From positions 558,001-622,000 of the forward strand of contig CAUYUJ010000081.1 in the NCBI GenBank assembly GCA_963575745.1: a stretch of DNA of 64,000 bases, in the 5' to 3' direction. The DNA is from Prorocentrum cordatum. Lineage: Eukaryota. The notes below the pieces were generated by a model. The model was given only the letters and a program-made list of their open reading frames with translations. It searched no databases and was not told the origin of the DNA. Both the position numbers and the translations under genes were made by a program. Below are positions 1 to 12,390 of the stretch, one piece after another. Every line of letters begins with the position of its first letter. The first letter of the stretch is position 1.

Positions 1-1409
1 ATCTTCACTGGAGGCGACGTGGAGCAGTCCCTGAGCACCTAAAGCGCGACCCTCAAGTTCGAGAAGTACCTGCACGCGGTGAAACCCAACATCGTCGAGA
101 AGCATCGGAGAGCTGACCCCTTGAGTGTGCTGTCGCCGAAGGAGCCGACGAACTTCAGGACCCTGACTGGACAGCTGCAGTGGCGGGCAGCCCAAGGATT
201 GATCATAGCAGCGGCTACCGTGTCCTTCTGAGCTTCGGCGACAGGTCGAACACCGTGCAAGGACCTCTTGGATGCGAACAATGCCAACGCGGACGTAGGG
301 CTGTACTTCGGGTTCGACAAGGCCTGGAGCAACCTGCGAGTTGGCAACTACACCGACGCTAGCTGGGCGAGCCGACATGACTGCAATTTGCAAGGAAGCT
401 ACGCGATCTCCATCGGACCCGCGGACGAGCTCAACGCCGGCACCCCCGCACCTGTTGTGGCCATGGAACGGGGCTCGCTGTCGGCGGAGGCCCAGGCAGC
501 AGCCTTGGGCGCAGAGTCGCTGATGTTGGTGAAGGTCTATCTGGCGTGGAGCTTACGACCCGACCTGGAGCTCGAAGAAGTGATGACGTACCTGGGAGAG
601 TCGCCGTTCATCACGGACGCGAAGTGTCTCTACGACGCGTCGCGCTCAGCGACGGCAGGCCTGGGCATCACGGAGAAGAGGACGGCAATCGAGGTGAAGA
701 TCGTGAACTAGCAAATGGCGGAGACAGGCGCCACCTAGAAGTGGGTGAACACGCACCAGCAGATGGCGGACGGACTTACCAAGCTCTCGTCCCGCCAGAT
801 GATGGCAGACGTGCTACGCCGTAGAGTGCATGCGTTGCGCTACGACCCCGACTTCGTAGCCGGCAAGAAGCTCTCCAAGAGGGCCATGGAGCAACGCGAG
901 AAGGGGCTGGATGAGGCTGGTGAGGCGCTGCACGACACCCTCGAGACACCGCCTGTGACGAAGGCGAAGGAGAAAACGAAGGTCAAGGGCAAGCGCCATT
1001 TTGGCGCGACTGGAGCGAAGCTCGCTGCGGCATTGGCAGCTAGCGCTGGCAGCAGTGCGGCAGGTCAGGTGGTACAGTACACGCCCAGCGGCGTCGAGCT
1101 GTTCAGCCCACCGACGCTGGCCGACTTGTGGTGCCATTATACTGCGGGTTCCGTGTTGGAATATGGTGGACACACTTGACCAAGTAGCTCGAGCACGACA
1201 TGAAGATCGAGAAGACGCGCGAGCCCGAGACAGAGCCGGTGCCCATCAGAGTCACGACGACTGCGACCGGGACCGACCCGAAGCCGACGAAGCAGAAGAA
1301 GATGCGCAGCGTGCTCGTCCAGTCGCAGTGTCGCTACAACCTGGATCTCAGCACGCCGAGGTTCCAGCCGTTGCCCGAGTACGTTCATGGAGCTTTCGTA
1401 ACAGGATGA
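1..1409 (+). pseudogene. Ty1/Copia pol remnant: RT C-terminus + RNase H + C-terminal extension; runs off left edge
   Basis: Frame 1 reads FTGGDVEQ..KYLHAVKP..FRTLTGQLQW (Copia RT end), then RNase H motifs YTDASWA, SLSAEAQAA, ITDAKCLYD, EKRTAIE, KWVNTHQQMADGLTK. In-frame stops at 40, 229, 709 and 736; frame change near 1180. Confidence 0.9.
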
Positions 1410-1414
1410 AGGGG

Positions 1415-1739
1415 TACCCAGAGGCCGTTTTAGCATGAGGCCAGTTTAGCATGATGGTCGGCAAAGCCGACGTGAGAGACTCCGTCGGCGGAAGCCGACT
1501 CGTACGTGAGTGCTCCGAGGAACACACCTTGTGCGTGTATCTGCACGGCGAAATAGACCGATCGCTGGGCGTGCTGACAAATTAACGTCGCTGTCGCGAC
1601 CGCCGGTGAGTTTCACATTCGAATCAGACTGCCTTGTGCCGGGAACCCGCGGTGTTGGCATAATTGTATCTGTTTTAGTTTCGGTCCTGTTCCCGTTTCG
1701 AGTTTCCTGGTAAAATTCTGGGGGGCCCTGATCTTGGCA
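1415..1739 (+). mobile_element. Candidate 3' LTR of the Copia element (~325 bp)
   Basis: Purine-rich aggatgaagggg (1403-1414, PPT-like) at the ORF end. Segment starts tacccaga and ends tcttggca (imperfect terminal inverted repeat, ends in CA). No second copy in the window. Confidence 0.35.
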
Positions 1740-2303
1740 ATGTGCGTTGTTGAGCGAATATGTGAAAAACAACTATTTGTTCCGCCCGTGTCAATATAAC
1801 CCCCGTTATACCGAGTTATGTGTACGTAGTCTTGTGTATTATCACAGCTCAGCAGGTTCAGCATAGCATGATGTGTTATAAGCAGTTGTTTCACATATGT
1901 CTGTACCATTACCATTTGATGTTCAGGGGCCCCTGAGTCAGGTAAAGGTTGCGTATCTCACGAGCTGATACGATGATCAAGATCATCTGTGATATCGAAC
2001 ACATCCCGAGGAGACTTCGTGTGCTGCCATCGGTTGATATGATTTTCGCACCCATGTCGATCGCCTCGATCTGGGTCCAGGGCGAGTCGTGGCCACAACA
2101 CCAGGGCGAGACGGCCAACGCCCCCGAGGCAGGCGAAGCCCGTCGCCACCGTTCCTCCGGATCCGCCTCCAGGTCGAGCGTCAGCAACCGCCGGGCACGC
2201 CTCGCCCGCACGGGTCCCCGGGGCCCAGAGCTGAGGGGAAGAGACGGCATGCGCTCAAACGCACAGGGAGGAAGAACGGGGAAGGACAAAGGGCTGAAGA
2301 CGC

Positions 2304-2484
2304 TACATGTGACTACCTACCAGACCACCCCAACCCAACCCGAAGACCCGAATTTCGGGTTGGGGGGGGGGGTACGGGTTCCATATGTGTTTTCTCGATG
2401 TTCCCCGACCCTCCCCCCACTGGAAATGGAGGGCAAATCGAGACCTTCGGGTTGGGTTGGGGTGGTTTGGTGGGTGGTGATGTA
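2304..2484. mobile_element. MITE-like inverted-repeat element (~180 bp)
   Basis: ccagaccaccccaacccaacccgaag (2320-2345) is the reverse complement, with 1 mismatch, of cttcgggttgggttggggtggtttgg (2445-2470). Weaker pairing extends to ~2304/2484. Confidence 0.6.
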
Positions 2485-2752
2485 CAATGCGGACGCGGCC
2501 GCACGAAACCCTCGCAAGAGATCCGGCCCTGAAAACCCGCGCGCCAGGTGCGACTCGGGGGAGTCCGAAGGTACCCTGGAAGCAAAAGGTTACTTAACGG
2601 ACGCGGGAGGTCACCGCGCAGCGCGGGAGGCGAAGAAACCCAGGGTACCCTGACGAGAAGCATCTGGTTCCTCGATACGCGACCCCACTGTGTGGGTGCG
2701 GGCTGTCAGAACCCGACAAGGATTCCCGCACGGGCGGGGGCCCCCCTCCGAC

Positions 2753-2787
<35 letters not shown>

Positions 2788-3139
2788 ATGGCCCCCCACA
2801 GAGTTCCACCTCGGAAAACCTGGGAATCGCACAGGTATGGGGGGTAGTTGTCAGCCCATGATAATCGCACACAAGGATCCCTCGTCCTTGACACCTTGCC
2901 CGCGACCTTCTGCACCTCCTCAAAGGCGCATGTGGAATGGAATACACCGACCCGGTCGGCGTGAGTGAAACGTTTTTCCATTCAAATCGTCGTCGTAATC
3001 CCCATCGACAGCACGTTGTCCAGGGCCCAGACTGGCAAACCTGCTTCGAGCGCGCTTGGATTGAACAAGTGTTATAAGAATTAGCCTGGCGAAAGACCCA
3101 ATCATGTGCACTTGTGGGTGCCACAATTGTGAATATCGT

Positions 3140-4260
3140 CGTCGGTGGAGCTCCCTATGGGGCAACGAACCGTGTGCGACAAAATGACGGTAGAACTGCA
3201 TGCGAATCCTGCCACTGGGGCCTGCGGTCGAGCTGCCTATAGGCCGCGAATCGTGTGAGGGGTGCGCCGAGATGAGGGTGGAACTGCATGCGAACTCTGC
3301 CACTGAAACATTCGGTGAGAGGGGCACCGAAATGGGGGCGGAACTGCATGCGAACCCTGCCGCTGGGGCCTTCGGTGGAACTCCCTATGGGGCCACAAAC
3401 CGTGTCAGGGGTGCGCCGAGATGAGGGTGGTACTGCATGCGAACCCTGCCTCTGGGGCCTTCGGTGGAGCTCCCTGTGGGGCCACGAACCATGTGAGGGG
3501 TGCGCCGAGACGAAGATGGAACTGTATGCGAACCCTGCCACTGAAACATTCGGTAGAACTCCCTATGGGGCCACGAACCGTGTGAGTGGTGCGCCGAAAT
3601 GAAGGTGGAACTGCATGCGAACCCTGCCACCGAAACATTCGGTAGAACTCCGCATGGGGCCACGAACCGTGTGAGGGGTGCGCCGAGATGAGAGTGGAAA
3701 CGCATGCGAACCCTGCCAATGTGGCCTTCGGTGGAGCTCCCTATGGGGCCGCGAATCGTGTCAGGGGTGCGCCGAGATGAGGGTGGAACTGCATGCGAAC
3801 TCTGCCGCTGGGGCCTTCGGTGGAGCTCCCCACGGAGCCACGAACAGTGTGAGGGGTGCGCCGAAACGAAAATGGAACTGCATGCGAACCCTGCCACTGG
3901 GGCCTTCGATGGAACTCCCTGTGTGGCCACGAACCGTGTGGGGGGGCTCTGAAATGAGGGTGGAACTGCATGCGAACCCTGTCACTGAAGCATTCGGTGG
4001 AGCTCTTTATGGGGCCATGAACCGTGTGAAGGGTGCGCCGAGACGAGGGTGGAACTGCATGCGAACCACCGTGTGAAGGGTGCGCCGAAATAAGGGTGGA
4101 ACTGCATGCGAACCCTGCCGCTGGGGCCGTCGGTGGAGCTCCCCACGGAGCCACGAACAGTGTGAGGGGTGCGCCGAAATGAGGGCGGAACTGCATGCGA
4201 ACCCTGCCAATGGGGCCTTCGGTGGAGCCCTCTGTGGGACCCCGAACCGTGTGAAGGCGT
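3140..4260. repeat. 89-bp tandem satellite, ~12 units
   Basis: gaactgcatgcgaa-type anchor at 3341, 3430, 3519, 3608, 3697, 3786, 3875, 3963, 4052; a few shortened units. Confidence 0.95.
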
Positions 4261-4279
4261 GCAAGAATGGGCGGGGAAC

Positions 4280-4370
4280 GATGATGATGATGGTGATGAT
4301 GACGGCCGTAATGGTGATGACGATGGTGATGACGATGGCAGGGACGAGCTTGAGGATGATAATGAAGATG

Positions 4371-4406
<36 letters not shown>

Positions 4407-4560
4407 TGATGGCGATGATGAGATGATGATGATGATGATGATGATAATGATGATGATGATATGATGATGATGATGATACTGATAATGTTGATGATGATGA
4501 TGAGGATGAAGATGTTGATGATGACGATGATGATGGTGGTGGTGATGATGATGATGATGC
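4280..4560. repeat. (GAT)n microsatellite, imperfect
   Basis: Direct reading. Confidence 0.95.
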
Positions 4561-4570
4561 TGTGAAGAAG

Positions 4571-5788
4571 AAATATGATCGACCCACGAACCCGGAACGG
4601 AATATAGACATGTAAGGCATGGCAACGTTTCAAAGACACCTGATTGGGCGACGGGCAAACGCAATGCTGAGTGTATCGATCTTGATGTACCGTGCCGAGG
4701 GCTGTGATGTGCTGCGCTGTGCTGAATCGCGATGTGCCATGCCACGATTGTGCTCGATAGCGTTGTGGATCGAGTCCTCATTTGCATCCGAGTCCTGACC
4801 GAACTGATCTGGATCTTAAGCTCGAGCTGTCTCACCACATAGTAGCTGCCCCAGAGCTAATTGACAGGGGAACATGCCAGGAGGACGCGCCGCGGAACGT
4901 CCCAAGGGACGCGCCAGGCGATGTGCCAAGGGACGTGCCACGGGGACGCACCGCGGGACGTGCCGAGGGGACGCGCTACGGAATCTATAGGATCACACGT
5001 AATCATGGAGAGGGCCAACCTATGGGACTATATATATATGTGTAAAACACACATGTTCGCGCCCGAGGGCCAAGCTATAGGTAATGAGAGGGCCCACGCA
5101 TAAGAATAGACGTAAAAACGCACGGATTCGTGCCCCTGGAGAGACCCAATATATAAGTAATGTGAGGCCCATTTACAGGAATATACGTACAAACGCACGG
5201 ATTCGTGCCCCTGGAAAGGGCCAGTCGACGGGAACACACGTAGTCCTGGAGAGGGCCAATCTATCGGAATATTTTTAAAAATGCACGAATTCGTGCCCCT
5301 GGAGAATGCCAATCTATAGGTAATGAGAGGGCCATCTATAGGAACATGCGTAAAAAAACATACGCATGCGTGCCCCTGGATGGGGCCAACCTATGGGAAC
5401 ACACGTATTCCTGGAGAGGGCAAATCTGTAGGAACAGACGTAAAAACACACGTATTCGTGCCCCTGGAAAGAGCCAATCTACAGGTAACGAGAGGGTCAC
5501 TATAGGAACATATGTAAAAAAAAACACAAATACGTACCCCTGGATGGGCCAATCTATAGGCATTACGTAATCCATGCCCCTGACCAAAACGTGTCCCGCA
5601 CCCTGTGATTTATCGATCGCGATGTCAATAACCAGCGTTTCGCTAGGGACATCCTCAATTTTAAAATCGCCGGCCCACCTCGACCTCGACATTTATCGCA
5701 AAAGAAGTTCGCCAGCCCACCTCAAGTCAAACCCGGAGGTAAGCCAACTAAAAGAAAACCCTGGGCGTATGCCCTTTCCGGGAAAAAA
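4571..5788. mobile_element. Family A non-autonomous element with subterminal inverted repeats, copy 1
   Basis: Left end atatgatcgacccacgaacccggaacgg; right end ctaaaagaaaaccctgggcgtatgccctttccgggaaaaaa. The ~400 bp core (4575-4985) is shared with 27632, 29151, 44340 and 53811. Interior array with gtgcccctgga at 5130, 5205, 5293, 5370, 5458, 5534. Confidence 0.75.
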
Positions 5789-6349
5789 GGGAGGGGGCAG
5801 CGGGAGAAGTGACGCGGGGCGCTGTCTCTTCAAAGCGAAGACACAGACCCACAGGAACGTTGGGGAAAAACTTCAAGACGTACCCTACCCTTTCTTCCAA
5901 CATATGGCCACCCACTGCAAACAAACATGTTGAAGGACCCGCAATGCGCATGCGTTGCGTAAGAAAACATACAAAAACAGGCGATGTACGGACAAGGACA
6001 CAAGCATACAAAGGTGTGCAAAGAGGGGCATACATGTTCACTACTAACAATAGCGCCAGGCGCTACAGACGCGGAAAAAAAAACAGCGCCACGCGCTCGC
6101 TCTATAGCAGACCAGAGCGTCACGCTGAACGAGGCAAGCGCGCGGGGTGTCATGGCGGGCCAAAGGCGCCTGAGGGCGGGAGGCCACGCGGACAAAAAAC
6201 AGCGCCACGCGTTGCGTGGCGCAGCGGCTCCCTACGAGCTGCGATGCGACAGCGCCGACCGCTGCGTGACGGGACAGCGCCGCGCAATGTGGGAACCCCC
6301 TAGCCCCTGCAATGTTGGATGCGAGTATTTGTAGTCAGTTAGATTTCTC

Positions 6350-6860
6350 GTCGCGGCCTCCCAACAACCCACGAAAACACCGACAATTGCACACTCCGCG
6401 GCCCCCCAGGGAGCAACGAAGTCCCAACTGGATCCCCATGCAATTCCACTCCGCGCGACCTCCAAGGAACCCACGAAAATGACGACAATTGCACACTTCG
6501 CGGCCCCCCGAGAAGCCTCGAGGCCCCAAGTGCGTCTGCGTGCCACGTCACTCCGCGCGACCTCCCAGGAGCGCACGACAACGGCGCAAACTGAGCACTT
6601 CGCAGCCTCCAGGAAGCCGCGAGGTCCCAACTGGACCCCCGTACAACTACACTCCGCGCGACCTCACAGGAGCCCGCGAAAGTGGCGACACTCGCACTCT
6701 TCGCGGCCGCCCAGAGAGCCGCGAGGCCTTAACTGGGTCTGCGCACCACTCCACTCCGCGCGATATCCCAAGAGCCCACGAAAGCGTCGACAGTTGTGCA
6801 CTTCGCGGCCCCCCGGGGAGCCGCGAGATCCCAACCCCGCGCAAATCCACTCCGCGCGAC
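6350..6860. repeat. 102-bp tandem satellite, ~5 diverged units
   Basis: Recurring cccacgaaa..gcgac..ttgcacacttcgcggcc..gagccgcgaggtcccaactgg..cactccgcgcgacctc; same family as 11370-12390. Confidence 0.85.
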
Positions 6861-8039
6861 GTCCTCGGGCTTGGCCGAGCATCTCCGCGCCGCCCGGGCT
6901 TGGCGATTCCCAGCGCGATCCATCCAGTCCTGGTGATGGCGGCCTCCTGCAATCCCTCGGCGCCAATGTAATTCCTCGCGTTCGGTGCGGCCCTGCACGG
7001 AGCACAATTTCAGCGTGCTCTTGCCGGAGCGCGCGGCGCCGCTTTGCTCGGATATATGTGCATTTCTCGCAGCCGATCTGCACGTCCATCACAGCAGCGT
7101 CCACAATGGGCGCTGAGTCCTTGCTGGCACTCCACATGTCTCTGGCGGCCTAGGCAGGCCGCGCCGTCGCCTGCTTCCCCTGCCGGCTCCGACTCGGACG
7201 CGCGCGGCGCGCGCCTCTTCGAGCGCCGGCGCAACGCATGCCGCAGCGGAGGAGGGGCCGCCAGCCAAAACCTCCCACGCCCTCGGGAGCGAGGCCCGCA
7301 GCCGCTCTCCCCCACGGGAGTCGCCGGCGCAGCCACCCGCAGCCTCCGCGAGCACCCCTTCGCCAGGGTAAGCGCCAGCGGCTGCCCCATCTCCTGGCCG
7401 CGACACATCCGTCCGCAACGCGTTCGTTGAGACTGGACTTCCCCGAAGTCCCCCGGGACGCCGACTCAGGCAGAACATCGCTGAAGGCAACGACCCCGAC
7501 GTGGATTCCCTGCACTTGAGGCTGGGAGAAGTAGGCATCGACCCCGAACGACATGCACGTCGACGCGGGCGCCCCCATGCAGGAGCGCCGTCGCGCGGCC
7601 GTTTTGGCTGCCGCTGGCCGAGGCGCGGCGGCTCGGCAGGCCCTGGCCGCCGCTGCTCCTGACCAGCCACCCGCGGCTGCTCCGCCGGCGGCGCCTGGCC
7701 GGGCCGCCACGGCCCAGGGCCCCGCCGAGGAACTCATGGCTGTCCCGCAGGAAACCGCTGCGGCGCCCACCGCGGTACCCCCTGCCCCGCTGCCCGAGGC
7801 CCCACAAGCTGAGCCGCCCGCCAACGCCGCCCGTCGACCCCTTGTGTCCCCGCCAATCCCGCCCAAGTACCTGCAAGAGCACCGGCTGGAGCAGCGCTCG
7901 GTCTGCCAGCGGTTCCTGTCGACGCGCCGCGGCGGCGGCGTCTGCCCGCGACGCCGCACTGCCGCGCGCGCGGCCGCAGCCGGAGCAGCCGCCGCCCCCG
8001 CCGCCGGCGACCGACCGCGCGGCGGGCCCGCGGGCCTCC

Positions 8040-8840
8040 CCTCCCTCTCGGAAGATTTCTCCAAGCGCTCCACCACCAAGCGCTACGTCCCGAAGAGCGC
8101 CCAGGACCTCAGGGCACGGTGCCCGGCACAGACGGCGGCCCGGACCGTGCGCAACAACGCCAAGACTGCGCACATTGAGCTCGCGATGCTCCTGAGGGCG
8201 CCCTGCGCCCCCACGCCCGCGGCGACCGGGGCAGCAGGGCGGCCGCCGAAGCGCAGACGAAGGCACCGCGCAGGCGCTCGCTGGACGGGGAGGGGGCACC
8301 CTCTGCAGGCCGAGGCCGTCGAGGCCCGCGCTGCCAAGCCCGCCTCGCGAGCCCCCCAACACGCGGAGCAGTGCGCGCAGCTCGCCGCGGACGCCCAACA
8401 CTCCAAGAGCTGCTCGGCTTTGACCAGCGAGCCGCCCGCGGAGTTCACCCCCGTCGACGTCGTCGAACAAATGCACCAGAAGCGCCCGCGCAACCGCCGA
8501 GCTGCGGACCCCGCCAGCCACTCGGCTGTCCACGCGGCTGCCGCCTTGCAGGTGGACGGGGACGCGGCCCGAAAGGAGGCGCGGGCCTTCGCCCCGGGCG
8601 CGGCGGCCGGGCCAACGGGCCCCGGACCCCAACGCTTTAAACACGCGCTGCTCAGAGTGGCCCGCAGGGATGAGGTCGACCAGCTCTGGAGACTCGCTGA
8701 CCTCTGCGTCAAGGGCAGGCTCCGTTTCTGAATACATCGCGGGCCCTCTTTCTGGTGGCCCTGCCGTGAAAGGACGGACGCCCGCGCCCGGTCACCGCCC
8801 GGGAGGTGCTCTGGCGCCTCGTCGGCAAGCGCCGTTGCCT
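8040..8840 (+). pseudogene. CRE-clade-like non-LTR retrotransposon RT N-terminal remnant
   Basis: Motifs in the expected order: TKRYVPKSAQ, HIELAMLL, HSKSCSALTS, RAFAPGAAAGPTGPGPQRFKHAL, then after a frameshift LVALP*KDGRPRPVTAREVLWRLVGK (cf. LVALxKxxGGVRPIAVGExLRRLVxK). Truncated before the catalytic YxDD. Confidence 0.7.
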
Positions 8841-11030
8841 CGCTGACCGCGCGATCACGCCCTGGACTGCGCCTGCCGCGGCGACCAGACGAGACGCCGC
8901 AACGCCATGCGCAACCAGGCCTTTTTCGACGCCCTGGCCGCGAGCCACGCCAGGGTGGAGTTGGAGCGCCCGGGGCCGCCACCCCCGCGCCCCGCCGGGG
9001 AGTCCACCCCCGAGGGCGAACAGGGCGGGCCCCAGGTGGACGACGACGGCCGCCGCCCTGCCGACGCCCACCTGCCGCGGTGGCGCAACGGCACGGCGGT
9101 CGCATAAGCAGGAAGGGGGACGGACGAGGAGGACAAGGACAAATGCGACGACGCAGACGAGGGAGCGGAGCGCGACTTGAATAACGCGAAGCAACAGCAC
9201 AAACAAGCGGCGACAGGGAGGAAGAGGTAGGGATGAAGAGGAGGGAGGGGAGGGAGGGTGACAACGAGGAAGAGGCACAGGTGGCGGAGCAAGACAGAGA
9301 TCGTAAGGCCATTGGGAAAGACGGAAAGGAGGGGCGAACCTGACATGCAATATGGGAAAGCGGCGGGCCGCGAGGCCCCCGTCGGCGCCTGCGTTCGGAG
9401 CCGCGCAGCCGCGGACCCCCCCCCGAAGGAGCGGGTCGGTTCTCGCGTTCGGACTTCGGAGCCGCGGGGGAAGCCCCCCAGGAGCTCTTCGGAAGGCCTT
9501 GACAGGCTCCTACGGAAGCCACCGATGCCACATCGCAGGCTGCTCAGAAGCTCGAGAGAGGCCCCTGGAAGGTCGCAGAGCGGTCCTGGGGCTTGCCTGC
9601 ATGAGACCCAATCCCTGACATTGAGCTCTGAGAACCCTTGATGTGATCTTGAGAGGATCCTGAGAAGCTCCCAGGGGGCTCAAGACCAGCGCGCGCGGGT
9701 GGCCCGCGCGCTCGGAGCCCCACGGGCCCCGAATCTCAGGGCCCTCGACAACGGGGCGCAGAACTCCCTTGATTCTGGGGCCAAGGCCCACGGGCTCCGC
9801 GGCAGCCCAGAGCGCGCGACCCCCTCAGGTTCACTGTCGAAGGGCCCGCGATACCTGGGCCCAAGAATCAAAACCGGAGGACCGCGGCGCCAAGCGGCGA
9901 AGGGACGGGACTTCCTGGGCCCCGCAAGAAAGGGGCCAACGACTCCTGGGCACCAGAATCGAAGGTCGAGGGCTCCTGGGGCGTAGAGTCAAAGGCCTTC
10001 GAAGTCCGCGGCGCAGCCCTGGGGGTACAGGCCCAAGACTCCCGGGTCGTCGAGGAGGGCCCATCGACCCTCGGGCCATTGAGTCACGCGCACCCGTGCA
10101 GCCCCACCCGGAAAGATTATGATGGGCGCGATCGGCCCGCGCGCAATGTGTTCATCGACGTTTCCCTGGATGGCCCGCTGAACACCATGGAAGCCGCAAC
10201 TCCGGCCCCCGCAGACACTCCCAGGTGCGCCCCAGAGTCGAGGCCGGGCAAGAACGAGGGCGCGTTTGCTCCTCGAAATCACGGGGGACCAATGGAAAAG
10301 CTCGACGCGCTGAGCTTGGGTAGGCATCTGGGCGCGGGGCACCGAAGCGCGCGCAACTGCGCGCTGACCAGGGGGGCGGCCCTAAATCGCATAGATTCCC
10401 GCTCGCGAGGCAAAGCTTACCCCCCGAAACAACTCGGCCAACGGGCTTTCCAGTCCAACTTAGGAAGGCGCGGATCAAATGCGCGCGCAATCGCGCGAGG
10501 AAGCGGCAAAGGCCCATTCGCCCCGATACGCGGGAGCATATGGGACGACGACGACGACGACGACAACGACGACGACGACGACGACGAAGATGACGGACGC
10601 GAAGTTGAAGACGACGACGACCACCACTTCGGGGCACCCCACCCACGCGCGCCACCGCCACGCGGGAGCCGCTGCTTGCGGGGCCACCTCGCAAAGCACT
10701 CCAGGCGCGACGGGGGCGCGTCATCCCCTGCCTCCTGCGCGAAACGGACGCACCGACGACGACTTCGAGACACCATGCCCGACCGCAGCGCTTCCGCGTA
10801 AACACCGCGCGGGGGGCGAGAGGGGAGGGCCAAGAACGAGGAGGAGAAGGCAAGCGCGCCAGGGGAGCCCCGGGCGCGAGAGAGCCCGAATGGACCAGGG
10901 AATGCGCTGTGATCAGAGGCCGCGCATCGCCCGAAACGCCACGCGCGGCCTTCCAGTGCAACGTTGACTTCGTGGGCCTGCCGCGCCCCGGACAAACTGT
11001 TGCACGAAATTGGCAAGCGCTCGGTAAAAC

Positions 11031-11154
11031 GAAGGATTGCAAAAAAACCTAGGATTGCAAAAAAAAGGATTGCAAAAAACGAAGGATTGCAAAAAAAAAG
11101 ATTGCAAAAAAAAAGGTTGTTTTGCAATCCTTCGGGTTTTTTTTGCAATCCTTC
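11031..11154. repeat. Direct plus inverted array of (a)ggattgc(A)n
   Basis: Five direct gattgcaaaaaa copies followed by two inverted tttgcaatccttc copies. Confidence 0.9.
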
Positions 11155-11369
11155 AACCTGCTTCAGACGCCCCCGCTGTTTTTTTTGAGCGCCAGGCGTG
11201 GCTGTTGCTGTAACAGGGCCCAGGCGAATCGGGGCCCGACCATGCGCTGCGGCATCGCGAAGAGCACGCCACAACGCTACTGAAGAAGCGCACAAAAAAA
11301 AACGCATCGAACAAAAAGATACGCAACACGAAGCATGACAAACTTCACCGAAGTTTCGTTTGGGATAGC

Positions 11370-12390
11370 CCCAGCTGCGCACTTCCCCGCCCCCCACGGA
11401 GCCGCGAGGTCCAAACTGGGTCTGCGTACCACTCCACTCCGGGCGACCCCTCAGAAGCCCGCGACAGTGGCGAGAGCTGCGCAGATCGCAACCCCCCAAG
11501 GAACAGTGAAGTCCCAACTGGATCTGCGTACCACTCCACTCCGCTGGACCTCCCAGGAGCCCACGGAAATGGCGGCAGCTGCGCTCTTCGCAGCCACGCA
11601 GGGAGCCGCGAGGTCCCAAATGGGTCCCCGTACAACTCCACCCCGCGCGACCTCCCAGGAGCCCACGAAAGTGGCGACAGTTGCGCAAATCGCAGCCACG
11701 CAGGGAGCCGCGAGGTTCCAACTGGGCATGCGTACCACTCCACTCCGCTGGACTTCCGGGGAGCACACGAAAGTGGCGACGGTTTCGCAAATTGCGGCCC
11801 CCCAGGGAGCCGCGAAGTCCCAACTGGGTCTGCGCACCACTCCACCCCGCGCAACCTCCCAAGAGCCCACGAAAATGGCGACGGTTGCACACTTCGCAGT
11901 CACGCAGGGAAATCGAGGTCCCAACTGGATCGTCGAGCCACTCCACTCCGCTGGACCTCCCAGGAGCCCACGGAAATGGCGGCAGCTGCGCTCTTCGCAG
12001 CCACGCAGGGAGCCGCGAGGTCCCAAATGGGTCCCCGTACAACTCCACCCCGCGCGACCTCCCAGGTGCCCACGAAAGTGGCGACGGTTGCGCACTTCGC
12101 AGCCCACCGGGAACCCGCGAGGTCTCCATGTGGTGACTACCGACTCCGCTGGGTATCCCAGGAGCCCACGAAAGTGGCGACGGTTGCGCACTCCGCAGCC
12201 ACGCAGGGAGTCGCGAGGTCCCAACTGGGTCTGCGTACCCCTCCACTCCGCTGGAGCTCCCAGGAGCCCACGGAAATGGCGGCAGCTGCGCCCTTCGCAG
12301 CCACGCAGGGAGCCGCGAGGTCTCGACGTGGTGTGCGTGACTACCGACTCCGCTGGACTTCACAGGAGCCCACGTAAGTGGCGACAGGGA
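11370..12390. repeat. 102-bp tandem satellite, ~10 units
   Basis: tcccaggagcccacg at 11551 and 11653 (102 bp apart), continuing to ~12370. A unit length divisible by 3 explains the long spurious ORFs. Confidence 0.95.

Noticed and set aside
3140..4260. CRISPR-like array
   Set aside because: The sequences between anchors are themselves repeated, so there are no unique spacers, and no cas genes are present. The same holds for the 75-, 83- and 102-bp arrays.
6860..7520. LINE endonuclease/RT start on minus strand (PSPGLDG, FSDVLP)
   Set aside because: Only two short degenerate motifs; insufficient support.
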